A stretch of DNA of 64,000 nt from Auanema rhodensis. Its lineage: Eukaryota; Animalia; Nematoda. The notes beneath the pieces were generated by a model. The model saw only the letters and a list, made by a program, of their open reading frames with translations. It made no database searches and was not told where the DNA came from. Of the stretch, positions 1 to 12,700 are shown in pieces (within the stretch, counting starts at the first letter, position 1; each line of letters starts with the position of its first letter). The DNA is taken from NCBI GenBank assembly GCA_964057225.1, contig OZ059900.1, positions 26,784,001 through 26,848,000 of the forward strand. Direction: 5' to 3'. Both the position numbers and the translations under genes were made by a program.

Positions 1-950
1 ACTTATGATCTCTTAAAACTCTTGGTTTTTGGTGATTTGAAAATTTTATAAAAAAGTTTATCTCAAAATAGACACACAGCAACTAGATCGTGGGTTAATT
101 TATGAAACAAAATGTGGTATTCAACAGATTATCGCAAAAAGCTTGTTACTGACTCAAATTTGGAAGAACATATGACCTTTTAAAATTTGGGTTTTTGGGT
201 GATTTGCACAATTTTTAGAATAGTTTATTTCAAAAATGACACATAGAAAATATATCGTGAGTTGATATATGAATGAAAAAGTGTCATTCAACAGGTTATC
301 AAAAAGGGCTTGTAACTGACTGAAATTCGGAAAAACTTATGATCTCTTAAAACTCTTGGTTTTTGGTGATTTGTACGTTTTTTAAAACAGTTTAAATCAA
401 AAATGACACATACGAATTGAATTGTGAGTTAATATCTGAATGAACATGTGTTATTTAACAGATTATCAGAAGGGGCTTGTTACTGACTCAAGTTTGGAAA
501 AACATATGACCTTTAAAAATTTGGGTTTTTGGGTGATTTGCACAATTTTTAGAATAGTTTATTTCAAAAATGACACATAGAAAATATATCGTGAGTTGAT
601 ATATGAAGGAAAAAGTGTCATCCAACAGGTTATCAAAAGAGGCTTGTTACTGACTGAAATTCGGAAAAACTTATGATCTCTTAAAACTCTTGGTTTTTGG
701 GTGATTTTCACAATTTTTAAAATAGTTTATCTCAAAATCGACACATACGAATTGAATTGTGAGTTGATATCTGAATGAACATGTGTCATTTAACAGATTA
801 TCATAAGGGGCTTGTTACTGACTCAAGTTTGGAAAAACATATGACCTTTCAAATGTTGGGTTTTTTGGTGAATTTCACAATTTTAAAAAAAGTTTATCTC
901 AAAAATGCCACATACGAATTGAATTGTGAAATGATGTATGAATGTTATTT
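1..950. repeat. 167-bp satellite (Sat167) with 334-bp dimeric period, block 1 (runs off the left edge)
   Basis: ACTTATGATC occurs at 1, 335 and 669 (334 apart), and the variant ACATATGACC at 168. This gives alternating 167-bp monomers sharing GCTTGTTACTGACT and similar motifs. Confidence 0.9.
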
Positions 951-972
951 TTTGGGAGATTACTCATCTTGG

Positions 973-1148
973 AGTAGTTGAATTTCAACTACTTGCCTGA
1001 ATTAGCAAAAGTTGAAATTTTAACTACTCGTTTTAAAAAAATATAGTTACTCGTTTTAAATAAATATAGTTAGTATACAGGTTTTCGTTCAAAAATGAAG
1101 AAATTCGAATTAAGCTTTTTGTATCGGAGTAGTTGAAATTCAACTACT
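973..1148. repeat. Cluster of 21-bp palindromes AGTAGTTGAA-N-TTCAACTACT (duplicated near 3302-3477)
   Basis: Perfect 10-bp arms at 973-993 and 1128-1148, a degenerate copy near 1008-1028, and a 23-bp tandem duplication at 1025-1070. Confidence 0.8.
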
Positions 1149-1690
1149 TCCCCGCAATCAGTTGGTGAACAAACAATAAAGAAATTCAAATCAAGTTCTT
1201 TGTATCGGAGCCATAATCAATGTGTATTTTCTCGAATTTGATTCATGGAAAAGTTCTGTTTTTCTCAAAATGTGTGAAAATAAATATGTAGAACTTAATT
1301 CCGAACGGGGCTATTATTTATTTTACCAGGAACTCATTCTATCACACTGAAACTGATTCGACTGGTTTTATCGATTGATTGAAACAGTCTCTTTTCGAGT
1401 TTCTATGTTTAAATGTTGAAAGCGTTTGAATGAACATTTTTTGATTTTTAACTTTCAACCTCAAATTTGTTATAGCAATTATATATTTTTGATAGATTCG
1501 AGAAGTTTATTTTTTTTTATAAAATGTTTCAGTACAAACTCATTTAAGTATATGATGAGACAAGAATTATAAAAATTATGGAAGAACTTCTCTCATATCT
1601 ACAATTTCTTTTTTCTTTATTTGACGCAATTGAGAAAATTCTTTTTGTTTCTTGAAATAATTACAAAGATTTGTGATTTGCGATTTGCCC

Positions 1691-3280
1691 GGTGATTTGT
1701 ACGTTTTTTAAAGCAGTTTAAATCAAAAATGACACACAGCAACTAGATCGTGGGTTAAAATATGGAACAAAATGTGTTATTCAACAGATTATCGCAAAAT
1801 GGCTTGTTACTGACTCAAATTTGGAAGAACATATGACCTTTAAAAATTTGGGTTTTTGGGTGATTTGCACAATTTTTAGAATAGTTTATTTCAAAAATGA
1901 CACATAGAAAATATATCGTGGGTTGATATATGAATGAGAAAGTGTCATTCAACAGGTTATCAAAAGGGGCTTGTTAATGACTGAAATTCGGAAAAACTTA
2001 TGATCTCTTAAAACTTTTGGTTTTTGGTGATTTGTACGTTTTTTAAAACAGTTTAAATCAAAAATGACACACATCAACTAGATCGTGGGTTAATTTATGA
2101 AACAAAATGTGTTATTCAACAGATTATCGCAAAAAGCTTGTTACTGACTCAAATTTGGAAGAACATATGACCTTTTAAAATTTGGGTTCTTGGGTGATTT
2201 GCACAATTTTTAGAATAGTTTATTTCAAAAATGACATATAGAAAATATATGGTGAGTTGATATATAAATTAAAATGTGTCATTCAACAGATTATCGAAAG
2301 AGGCTTGTTACTGACTGAAATTCGGAAAAACTTATGATCTCTTAAAACTCTTGGTTTTTGGTGATTTGAAAATTTTATAAAAAAGTTTATCTCAAAATAG
2401 ACACACAGCAACTAGATCGTGGGTTAATTTATGAAACAAAATGTGGTATTCAACAGATTATCGCAAAAAGCTTGTTACTGACTCAAATTTGGAAGAACAT
2501 ATGACCTTTTAAAATTTGGGTTTTTGGGTGATTTGCACAATTTTTAGAATAGTTTATTTCAAAAATGACACATAGAAAATATATCGTGAGTTGATATATG
2601 AATGAAAAAGTGTCATTCAACAGGTTATCAAAAAGGGCTTGTAACTGACTGAAATTCGGAAAAACTTATGATCTCTTAAAACTCTTGGTTTTTGGTGATT
2701 TGTACGTTTTTTAAAACAGTTTAAATCAAAAATGACACATACGAATTGAATTGTGAGTTAATATCTGAATGAACATGTGTTATTTAACAGATTATCAGAA
2801 GGGGCTTGTTACTGACTCAAGTTTGGAAAAACATATGACCTTTAAAAATTTGGGTTTTTGGGTGATTTGCACAATTTTTAGAATAGTTTATTTCAAAAAT
2901 GACACATAGAAAATATATCGTGAGTTGATATATGAAGGAAAAAGTGTCATCCAACAGGTTATCAAAAGAGGCTTGTTACTGACTGAAATTCGGAAAAACT
3001 TATGATCTCTTAAAACTCTTGGTTTTTGGGTGATTTTCACAATTTTTAAAATAGTTTATCTCAAAATCGACACATACGAATTGAATTGTGAGTTGATATC
3101 TGAATGAACATGTGTCATTTAACAGATTATCATAAGGGGCTTGTTACTGACTCAAGTTTGGAAAAACATATGACCTTTCAAATGTTGGGTTTTTTGGTGA
3201 ATTTCACAATTTTAAAAAAAGTTTATCTCAAAAATGCCACATACGAATTGAATTGTGAAATGATGTATGAATGTTATTTT
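1691..3280. repeat. Sat167 block 2 (about 9.5 diverged monomers)
   Basis: The same monomer motifs resume at GGTGATTTGTACG (1691) and end at the same point as block 1, offset by 2329. Confidence 0.88.
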
Positions 3281-3744
3281 TTGGGAGATTACTCATCTTG
3301 GAGTAGTTGAATTTCAACTACTTGCCTGAATTAGCAAAAGTTGAAATTTTAACTACTCGTTTTAAAAAAATATAGTTACTCGTTTTAAATAAATATAGTT
3401 AGTATACAGGTTTTCGTTCAAAAATGAAGAAATTCGAATTAAGCTTTTTGTATCGGAGTAGTTGAAATTCAACTACTTCCCCGCAATCAGTTGGTGAACA
3501 AACAATAAAGAAATTCAAATCAAGTTCTTTGTATCGGAGCCATAATCAATGTGTATTTTCTCGAATTTGATTCATGGAAAAGTTCTGTTTTTCTCAAAAT
3601 GTGTGAAAATAAATATGTAGAACTTAATTCCGAACGGGGCTATTATTTATTTTACCAGGAACTCATTCTATCACACTGAAACTGATTCGACTGGTTTTAT
3701 CGATTGATTGAAACAGTCTTGTGTGTTTTTAGACTTTGTTTTTT

Positions 3745-6700
3745 TTTTTTTTTAGACTAATATGGACATGGGGAATCTAATTTTGAAAACTGCATCTCTT
3801 TATCTCTCACGTGAAGCGAGTTACATACCAAGTGCACATCACGTGTACATTTAATTAGCATAAATTAAAGTTCACGTAAATTTCAAAGTCATGGTTACCA
3901 TGCACTAATATCAATAAAAATTTGTTTTTAGACTAATATGGACATGGGGAATCTAATTTTGAAAACCGCATCTCTTTATCTCTCACGTGAAGCGAGTTAC
4001 ATACCAAGTGCACATCACGTGTACATTTAATTAGCATAAATTAAAGTTCACGTAAATTTCAAAGTCATGGTTACCATGCACCAATATCAATAAAAATTTG
4101 TTTTTAGACTAATATGGACATGGGGAATCTAATTTTGAAAACCGCATCTCTTTATCTTTCACGTGAAGCGAGTTACATACCAAGTGCACATCACGTTTAC
4201 ATTTAATTAGCATAAATTAAAGTTCACGTAAATTTCAAAGTCATGGTTACCATTAACCAATATCAATAAAAAATTGTTTTTAGACTAATATGGACATGGG
4301 GAATCTAATTTTGAAAACCGCATCTCTTTATCTTTCACGTGAAGCGAGTTACATACCAAGTGCACATCACGTGTACATTCAATTAGCATAAATTAAAGTT
4401 CACGTAAATTTCAAAGTCATGGTTACCATGAACCAATATCAATAAAAATTTGTTTTTAGACTAATATGGACATGGGGAATCTAATTTTGAAAACCGCATC
4501 TCTTTATCTTTCACGTGAAGCGAGTTACATACCAAGTGCACATCACGTGTACATTTAATTAGCATAAATTAAAGTTCACGTAAATTTCAAAGACATGGTT
4601 ACCATGAACCAATATCAATAAAAAATTGTTTTCAGACTAATATGGACATGGGGAATCTAATTTTGAAAACCGCATCTCTTTATCTTTCACGTGAAGCGAG
4701 TTACATACCAAGTGCACATCACGTGTACATTTAATTAGCATAAATTAAAGTTCACGTAAATTTCAAAGACATGATTACCATGAACCAATATCAATAAAAA
4801 TTTGTTTTTAGACTAATATGGACATGGGGAATCTAATTTTGAAAACCGCATCTCTTTATCTTTCACGTGAAGCGAGTTACATACCAAGTGCACATCACGT
4901 GTACATTCAATTAGCATAAATTAAAGTTCACGTAAATTTCAAAGTCATGGTTACCATGAACCAATATCAATAAAAATTTGTTTTCAGACTAATATGGACA
5001 TGGGGAATCTAATTTTGAAAACCACATCTCTTTATCTTTCACGTGAAGCGAGTTACATACCAAGTGCACATCACGTGTACATTTAATTAGCATAAATTAA
5101 AGTTCACGTAAATTTCAAAGACATGATTACCATGAACCAATATCAATAAAAATTTGTTTTTAGACTAATATGGACATGGGGAATCTAATTTTGAAAACCG
5201 CATCTCTTTATCTTTCACGTGAAGCGAGTTACATACCAAGTGCACATCACGTGTACATTTAATTAGCATAAATTAAAGTTCACGTAAATTTCAAAGTTAT
5301 GGTTACCATGCACCAATATCAATAAAAATTTGTTTTTAGACTAATATGGACATGGGGAATCTAATTTTGAAAACCGCATCTCTTTATCTTTCACGTGAAG
5401 CGAGTTACATACCAAGTGCACATCACGTGTACATTTAATTAGCATAAATTAAAGTTCACGTAAATTTCAAAGTCATGGTTACCATTAACCAATATCAATA
5501 AAAATTTGTTTTTAGACTAATATGGACATGGGGAATCTAATTTTGAAAACCGCATCTCTTTATCTTTCACGTGAAGCGAGTTACATACCAAGTGCACATC
5601 ACGTGTACATTCAATTAGCATAAATTAAAGTTCACGTAAATTTCAAAGTCATGGTTACCATGAACCAATATCAATAAAAATTTGTTTTTAGACTAATATG
5701 GACATGGGGAATCTAATTTTGAAAACCGCATCTCTTTATTTTTCACGTGAAGCGAGTTACATACCAAGTGCACATCACGTGTACATTCAATTAGCATAAA
5801 TTAAAGTTCACGTAAATTTCAAAGTCATGGTTACCATTAACCAATATCAATAAAAATTTGTTTTTAGACTAATATAGACATGGGGAATCTAATTTTGAAA
5901 ACCGCATCTCTTTATCTTTCACGTGAAGCGAGTTACATACCAAGTGCACATCACGTGTACATTTAATTAGCATAAATTAAAGTTCACGTAAATTTCAAAG
6001 ACATGGTTACCATGAACCAATATCAATAAAAATTTGTTTTCAGACTAATATGGACATGGGGAATCTAATTTTGAAAACCGCATCTCTTTATCTTTCACGT
6101 GAAGCGAGTTACATACCAAGTGCACATCACGTGTACATTCAATTAGCATAAATTAAAGTTCACGTAAATTTCAAAGTCATGGTTACCATGAACCAATATC
6201 AATAAAAATTTGTTTTCAGACTAATATGGACATGGGGAATCTAATTTTGAAAACCGCATCTCTTTATCTTTCACGTGAAGCGAGTTACATACCAAGTGCA
6301 CATCACGTGTACATTTAATTAGCATAAATTAAAGTTCACGTAAATTTCAAAGACATGATTACCATGAACCAATATCAATAAAAATTTGTTTTTAGACTAA
6401 TATGGACATGGGGAATCTAATTTGAAAACCGCATCTCTTTATCTTTCACGTGAAGCGAGTTACATACCAAGTGCACATCACGTGTACATTTAATTAGCAT
6501 AAATTAAAGTTCACGTAAATTTCAAAGACATGGTTACCATGAACCAATATCAATAAAAATTTGTTTTCAGACTAATATGGACATGGGGAATCTAATTTTG
6601 AAAACCGCATCTCTTTATCTTTCACGTGAAGCGAGTTACATACCAAGTGCCCATCACGTGTACATTTAATTAGCATAAATTAAAGTTCACGTAAATTTCA

Positions 6701-9700
6701 AAGACATGATTACCATGAACCAATATCAATAAAAATTTGTTTTTAGACTAATATGGACATGGGGAATCTAATTTTGAAAACCGCATCTCTTTATCTTTCA
6801 CGTGAAGCGAGTTACATACCAAGTGCACATCACGTGTACATTTAATTAGCATAAATTAAAGTTCACGTAAATTTCAAAGTTATGGTTACCATGCACCAAT
6901 ATCAATAAAAATTTGTTTTTAGACTAATATGGACATGGGGAATCTAATTTTGAAAACCGCATCTCTTTATCTTTCACGTGAAGCGAGTTACATACCAAGT
7001 GCACATCACGTGTACATTTAATTAGCATAAATTAAAGTTCACGTAAATTTCAAAGTCATGGTTACCATTAACCAATATCAATAAAAATTTGTTTTTAGAC
7101 TAATATGGACATGGGGAATCTAATTTTGAAAACCGCATCTCTTTATCTTTCACGTGAAGCGAGTTACATACCAAGTGCACATCACGTGTACATTCAATTA
7201 GCATAAATTAAAGTTCACGTAAATTTCAAAGTCATGGTTACCATGAACCAATATCAATAAAAATTTGTTTTTAGACTAATATGGACATGGGGAATCTAAT
7301 TTTGAAAACCGCATCTCTTTATTTTTCACGTGAAGCGAGTTACATACCAAGTGCACATCACGTGTACATTTAATTAGCATAAATTAAAGTTCACGTAAAT
7401 TTCAAAGTCATGGTTACCATGCACCAATATCAATACAAATTTGTTTTTAGACTAATATGGACATGGGGAATCTAATTTTGAAAACCGCATCTCTTTATCT
7501 TTCACGTGAAGCGAGTTACATACCAAGTGCACATCACGTGTACATTTAATTAGAATAAATTAAAGTTCACGTAAATTTCAAAGTCATGGTTACCATTAAC
7601 CAATATCAATAAAAATTGGTTTTTAGACTAATATGGACATGGGGAATCTAATTTTGAAAACCGCATCTCTTTATCTTTCACGTGAAGCGAGTTACATACC
7701 AAGTGCACATCACGTGTACATTCAATTAGCATAAATTAAAGTTCACGTAAATTTCAAAGTCATGGTTACCATGAACCAATATCAATGAAAATTTGTTTTT
7801 AGACTAATATGGATATGGGGAATCTAATTTTGAAAACCGCATCTCTTTATCTTTCACGTGAAGCGAGTTACATACCAAGTGCACATCACGTGTACATTTA
7901 ATTAGCATAAATTAAAGTTCACGTAAATTTCAAAGTCATGGTTACCATGCACCAATATCAATAAAAATTTGTTTTTAGACTAATATGGACATGGGGAATC
8001 TAATTTTGAAAACCGCATCTCTTTATTTTTCACGTGAAGCGAGTTACATACCAAGTGCACATCACGTGTACATTCAATTAGCATAAATTAAAGTTCACGT
8101 AAATTTCAAAGTCATGGTTACCATTAACCAATATCAATAAAAATTTGTTTTTAGACTAATATGGACATGGGGAATCTAATTTTGAAAACCGCATCTCTTT
8201 ATCTTTCACGTGAAGCGAGTTACATACCAAGTGCACATCACGTGTACATTTAATTAGCATAAATTAAAGTTCACGTAAATTTCAAAGACATGGTTACCAT
8301 GAACCAATATCAATAAAAATTTGTTTTCAGACTAATATGGACATGGGGAATCTAATTTTGAAAACCGCTTCTCTTTATCTTTCACGTGAAGCGAGTTACA
8401 TACCAAGTGCCCATCACGTGTACATTTAATTAGCATAAATTAAAGTTCACGTAAATTTCAAAGACATGATTACCATGAACCAATATCAATAAAAATTTGT
8501 TTTTAGACTAATATGGACATGGGGAATCTAATTTTGAAAACCGCATCTCTTTATCTTTCACGTGAAGCGAGTTACATACCAAGTGCACATCACGTGTACA
8601 TTTAATTAGCATAAATTAAAGTTCACGTAAATTTCAAAGTTATGGTTACCATGCACCAATATCAATAAAAATTTGTTTTTAGACTAATATGGACATGGGG
8701 AATCTAATTTTGAAAACCGCATCTCTTTATCTTTCACGTGAAGCGAGTTACATACCAAGTGCACATCACGTGTACATTTAATTAGCATAAATTAAAGTTC
8801 ACGTAAATTTCAAAGTCATGGTTACCATTAACCAATATCAATAAAAATTTGTTTTTAGACTAATATGGACATGGGGAATCTAATTTTGAAAACCGCATCT
8901 CTTTATCTTTCACGTGAAGCGAGTTACATACCAAGTGCACATCACGTGTACATTCAATTAGCATAAATTAAAGTTCACGTAAATTTCAAAGTCATGGTTA
9001 CCATGAACCAATATCAATAAAAATTTGTTTTTAGACTAATATGGACATGGGGAATCTAATTTTGAAAACCGCATCTCTTTATTTTTCACGTGAAGCGAGT
9101 TACATACCAAGTGCACATCACGTGTACATTTAATTAGCATAAATTAAAGTTCACGTAAATTTCAAAGTCATGGTTACCATGCACCAATATCAATAAAAAT
9201 TTGTTTTTAGACTAATATCGATATGGGGAATCTAATTTTGAAAACCGCATCTCTTTATCTTTCACGTGAAGCGAGTTACATACCAAGTGCACATCACGTG
9301 TACATTCAATTAGCATAAATTAAAGTTCACGTAAATTTCAAAGTCATGGTTACCATGAACCAATATCAATAAAAATTTGTTTTTAGACTAATATGGACAT
9401 GGGGAATCTAATTTTGAAAACCGCATCTCTTTATCTTTCACGTGAAGCGAGTTACATACCAAGTGCACATCACGTGTACATTTAATTAGAATAAATTAAA
9501 GTTCACGTAAATTTCAAAGTCATGGTTACCATTAACCAATATCAATAAAAATTGGTTTTTAGACTAATATGGACATGGGGAATCTAATTTTGAAAACCGC
9601 ATCTCTTTATCTTTCACGTGAAGCGAGTTACATACCAAGTGCACATCACGTGTACATTCAATTAGCATAAATTAAAGTTCACGTAAATTTCAAAGTCATG

Positions 9701-12700
9701 GTTACCATGAACCAATATCAATGAAAATTTGTTTTTAGACTAATATGGATATGGGGAATCTAATTTTGAAAACCGCATCTCTTTATCTTTCACGTGAAGC
9801 GAGTTACATACCAAGTGCACATCACGTGTACATTTAATTAGCATAAATTAAAGTTCACGTAAATTTCAAAGTCATGGTTACCATGCACCAAAATCAATAC
9901 AAATTTGTTTTTAGACTAATATGGACATGGGGAATCTAATTTTGAAAACCGCATCTCTTTATCTTTCACGTGAAGCGAGGTACATACCAAGTGCACATCA
10001 CGTGTACATTTAATTAGCATAAATTAAAGTTCACGTAAATTTCAAAGTCATGGTTACCATTAACCAATATCAATTAAAATTGGTTTTTAGACTAATATGG
10101 ACATGGGGAATCTAATTTTGAAAACCGCATCTCTTTATCTTTCACGTGAAGCGAGTTACATACCAAGTGCACATCACGTGTACATTCAATTAGCATAAAT
10201 TAAAGTTCACGTAAATTTCAAAGTCATGGTTACCATGAACCAATATCAATAAAAATTTGTTTTTAGACTAATATGGATATGGGGAATCTAATTTTGAAAA
10301 CCGCATCTCTTTATCTTTCACGTGAAGCGAGTTACATACCAAGTGCACATCACGTGTACATTTAATTAGCATAAATTAAAGTTCACGTAAATTTCAAAGT
10401 CATGGTTACCATTAACCAATATCAATAAAAATTTGTTTTTAGACTAATATGGATATGGGGAATCTAAATTTGAAAACCGCATCTCTTTATCTTTCACGTG
10501 AACCGAGTTACATACCAAGTGCACATCACGTGTACATTTAATTAGCATAAATTAAAGTTCACGTAAATTTCAAAGTCATGGTTACCATGCACCAATATCA
10601 ATAAAAATTTGTTTTTAGACTAATATGGACATGGGGAATCTAATTTTAAAAACCGCATCTCTTTATCTTTCACGTGAAGCGAGTTACATACCAAGTGCAC
10701 ATCACGTGTACATTTAATTAGCATAAATTAAAGTTCACGTAAATTTCAAAGTCATGGTTACCATTAACCAATATCAATAAAAATTTGTTTTTAGACTAAT
10801 ATGGACATGGGGAATCTAATTTTGAAAACCGCATCTCTTTATCTTTCACGTGAAGCGAGTTACATACCAAGTGCACATCACGTGTACATTTAATTAGCAT
10901 AAATTAAAGTTCACGTAAATTTCAAAGTCATGGTTACCATTAACCAATATCAATAAAAATTGGTTTTTAGACTAATATGGACATGGGGAATCTAATTTTG
11001 AAAACCGCATCTCTTTATCTTTCACGTGAAGCGAGTTACATACCAAGTGCACATCACGTGTACATTTAATTAGCATAAATTAAAGTTCACGTAAATTTCA
11101 AAGTCATGGTTACCATGAACCAATATCAATAAAAATTTGTTTTTAGACTAATATGGACATGGGGAATCTAATTTTGAAAACCGCATCTCTTTATCTTTCA
11201 CGTGAAGCGAGTTACATACCAAGTGCACATCACGTGTACATTCAATTAGCATAAATTAAAGTTCACGTAAATTTCAAAGTCATGGTTACCATGAACCAAT
11301 ATCAATAAAAATTTGTTTTTAGACTAATATGGATATGGGGAATCTAATTTTGAAAACCGCATCTCTTTATCTTTCAGGTGAAGCGAGTTACATACCAAGT
11401 GCACATCACGTGTACATTTAATTAGCATAAATTAAAGTTCACGTAAATTTCAAAGTCATGGTTACCATTAACCAATATCAATAAAAATTTGTTTTTAGAC
11501 TAATATGGATATGGGGAATCTAATTTTGAAAACCGCATCTCTTTATATTTCACGTGAAGCGAGTTACATACCAAGTGCACATCACGTGTACATTTAATTA
11601 GCATAAATTAAAGTTCACGTAAATTTCAAAGTCATGGTTACCATTAACCAATATCAATAAAAATTTGTTTTTAGACTAATATGGACATGGGGAATCTAAT
11701 TTTGAAAACCGCATCTCTTTATCTTTCACGTGAAGCGAGTTACATACCAAGTGCACATCACGTGTACATTTAATTAGCATAAATTAAAGTTCACGTAAAT
11801 TTCAAAGACATGGTTACCATGAACCAATATCAATAAAAATTTGTTTTCAGACTAATATGGACATGGGGAATCTAATTTTGAAAACCGCATCTCTTTATCT
11901 TTCACGTGAAGCGAGTTACATACCAAGTGCACATCACGTGTACATTTAATTAGCATAAATTAAAGTTCACGTAAATTTCAAAGACATGATTACCATGAAC
12001 CAATATCAATAAAAATTTGTTTTTAGACTAATATGGACATGGGGAATCTAATTTTGAAAACCGCATCTCTTTATCTTTCACGTGAAGCGAGTTACATACC
12101 AAGTGCACATCACGTGTACATTTAATTAGCATAAATTAAAGTTCACGTAAATTTCAAAGTTATGGTTACCATGCACCAATATCAATAAAAATTTGTTTTT
12201 AGACTAATATGGACATGGGGAATCTAATTTTGAAAACCGCATCTCTTTATCTTTCACGTGAAGCGAGTTACATACCAAGTGCACATCACGTGTACATTTA
12301 ATTAGCATAAATTAAAGTTCACGTAAATTTCAAAGTCATGGTTACCATGAACCAATATCAATAAAAATTTGTTTTTAGACTAATATGGACATGGGGAATC
12401 TAATTTTGAAAACCGCATCTCTTTATCTTTCACGTGAAGCGAGTTACATACCAAGTGCACATCACGTGTACATTTAATTAGCATAAATTAAAGTTCACGT
12501 AAATTTCAAAGTTATGGTTACCATGCACCAATATCAATAAAAATTTGTTTTTAGACTAATATGGACATGGGGAATCTAATTTTGAAAACCGCATCTCTTT
12601 ATCTTTCACGTGAAGCGAGTTACATACCAAGTGCACATCACGTGTACATTTAATTAGCATAAATTAAAGTTCACGTAAATTTCAAAGTCATGGTTACCAT

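Larger units (their letters stand above)
1..3719. repeat. 2329-bp tandem duplication (Sat167 block plus ~740-bp non-satellite spacer), truncated at 3719
   Basis: 1-1390 is repeated at 2330-3719. Identical ORFs start at 775 and 3104. The second copy stops at GAAACAGTCT (3710-3719). Confidence 0.92.

Noticed and set aside
775-981. 68-aa ORF duplicated at 3104-3310
   Set aside because: It lies within Sat167 monomers. The duplication simply reflects the 2329-bp repeat.
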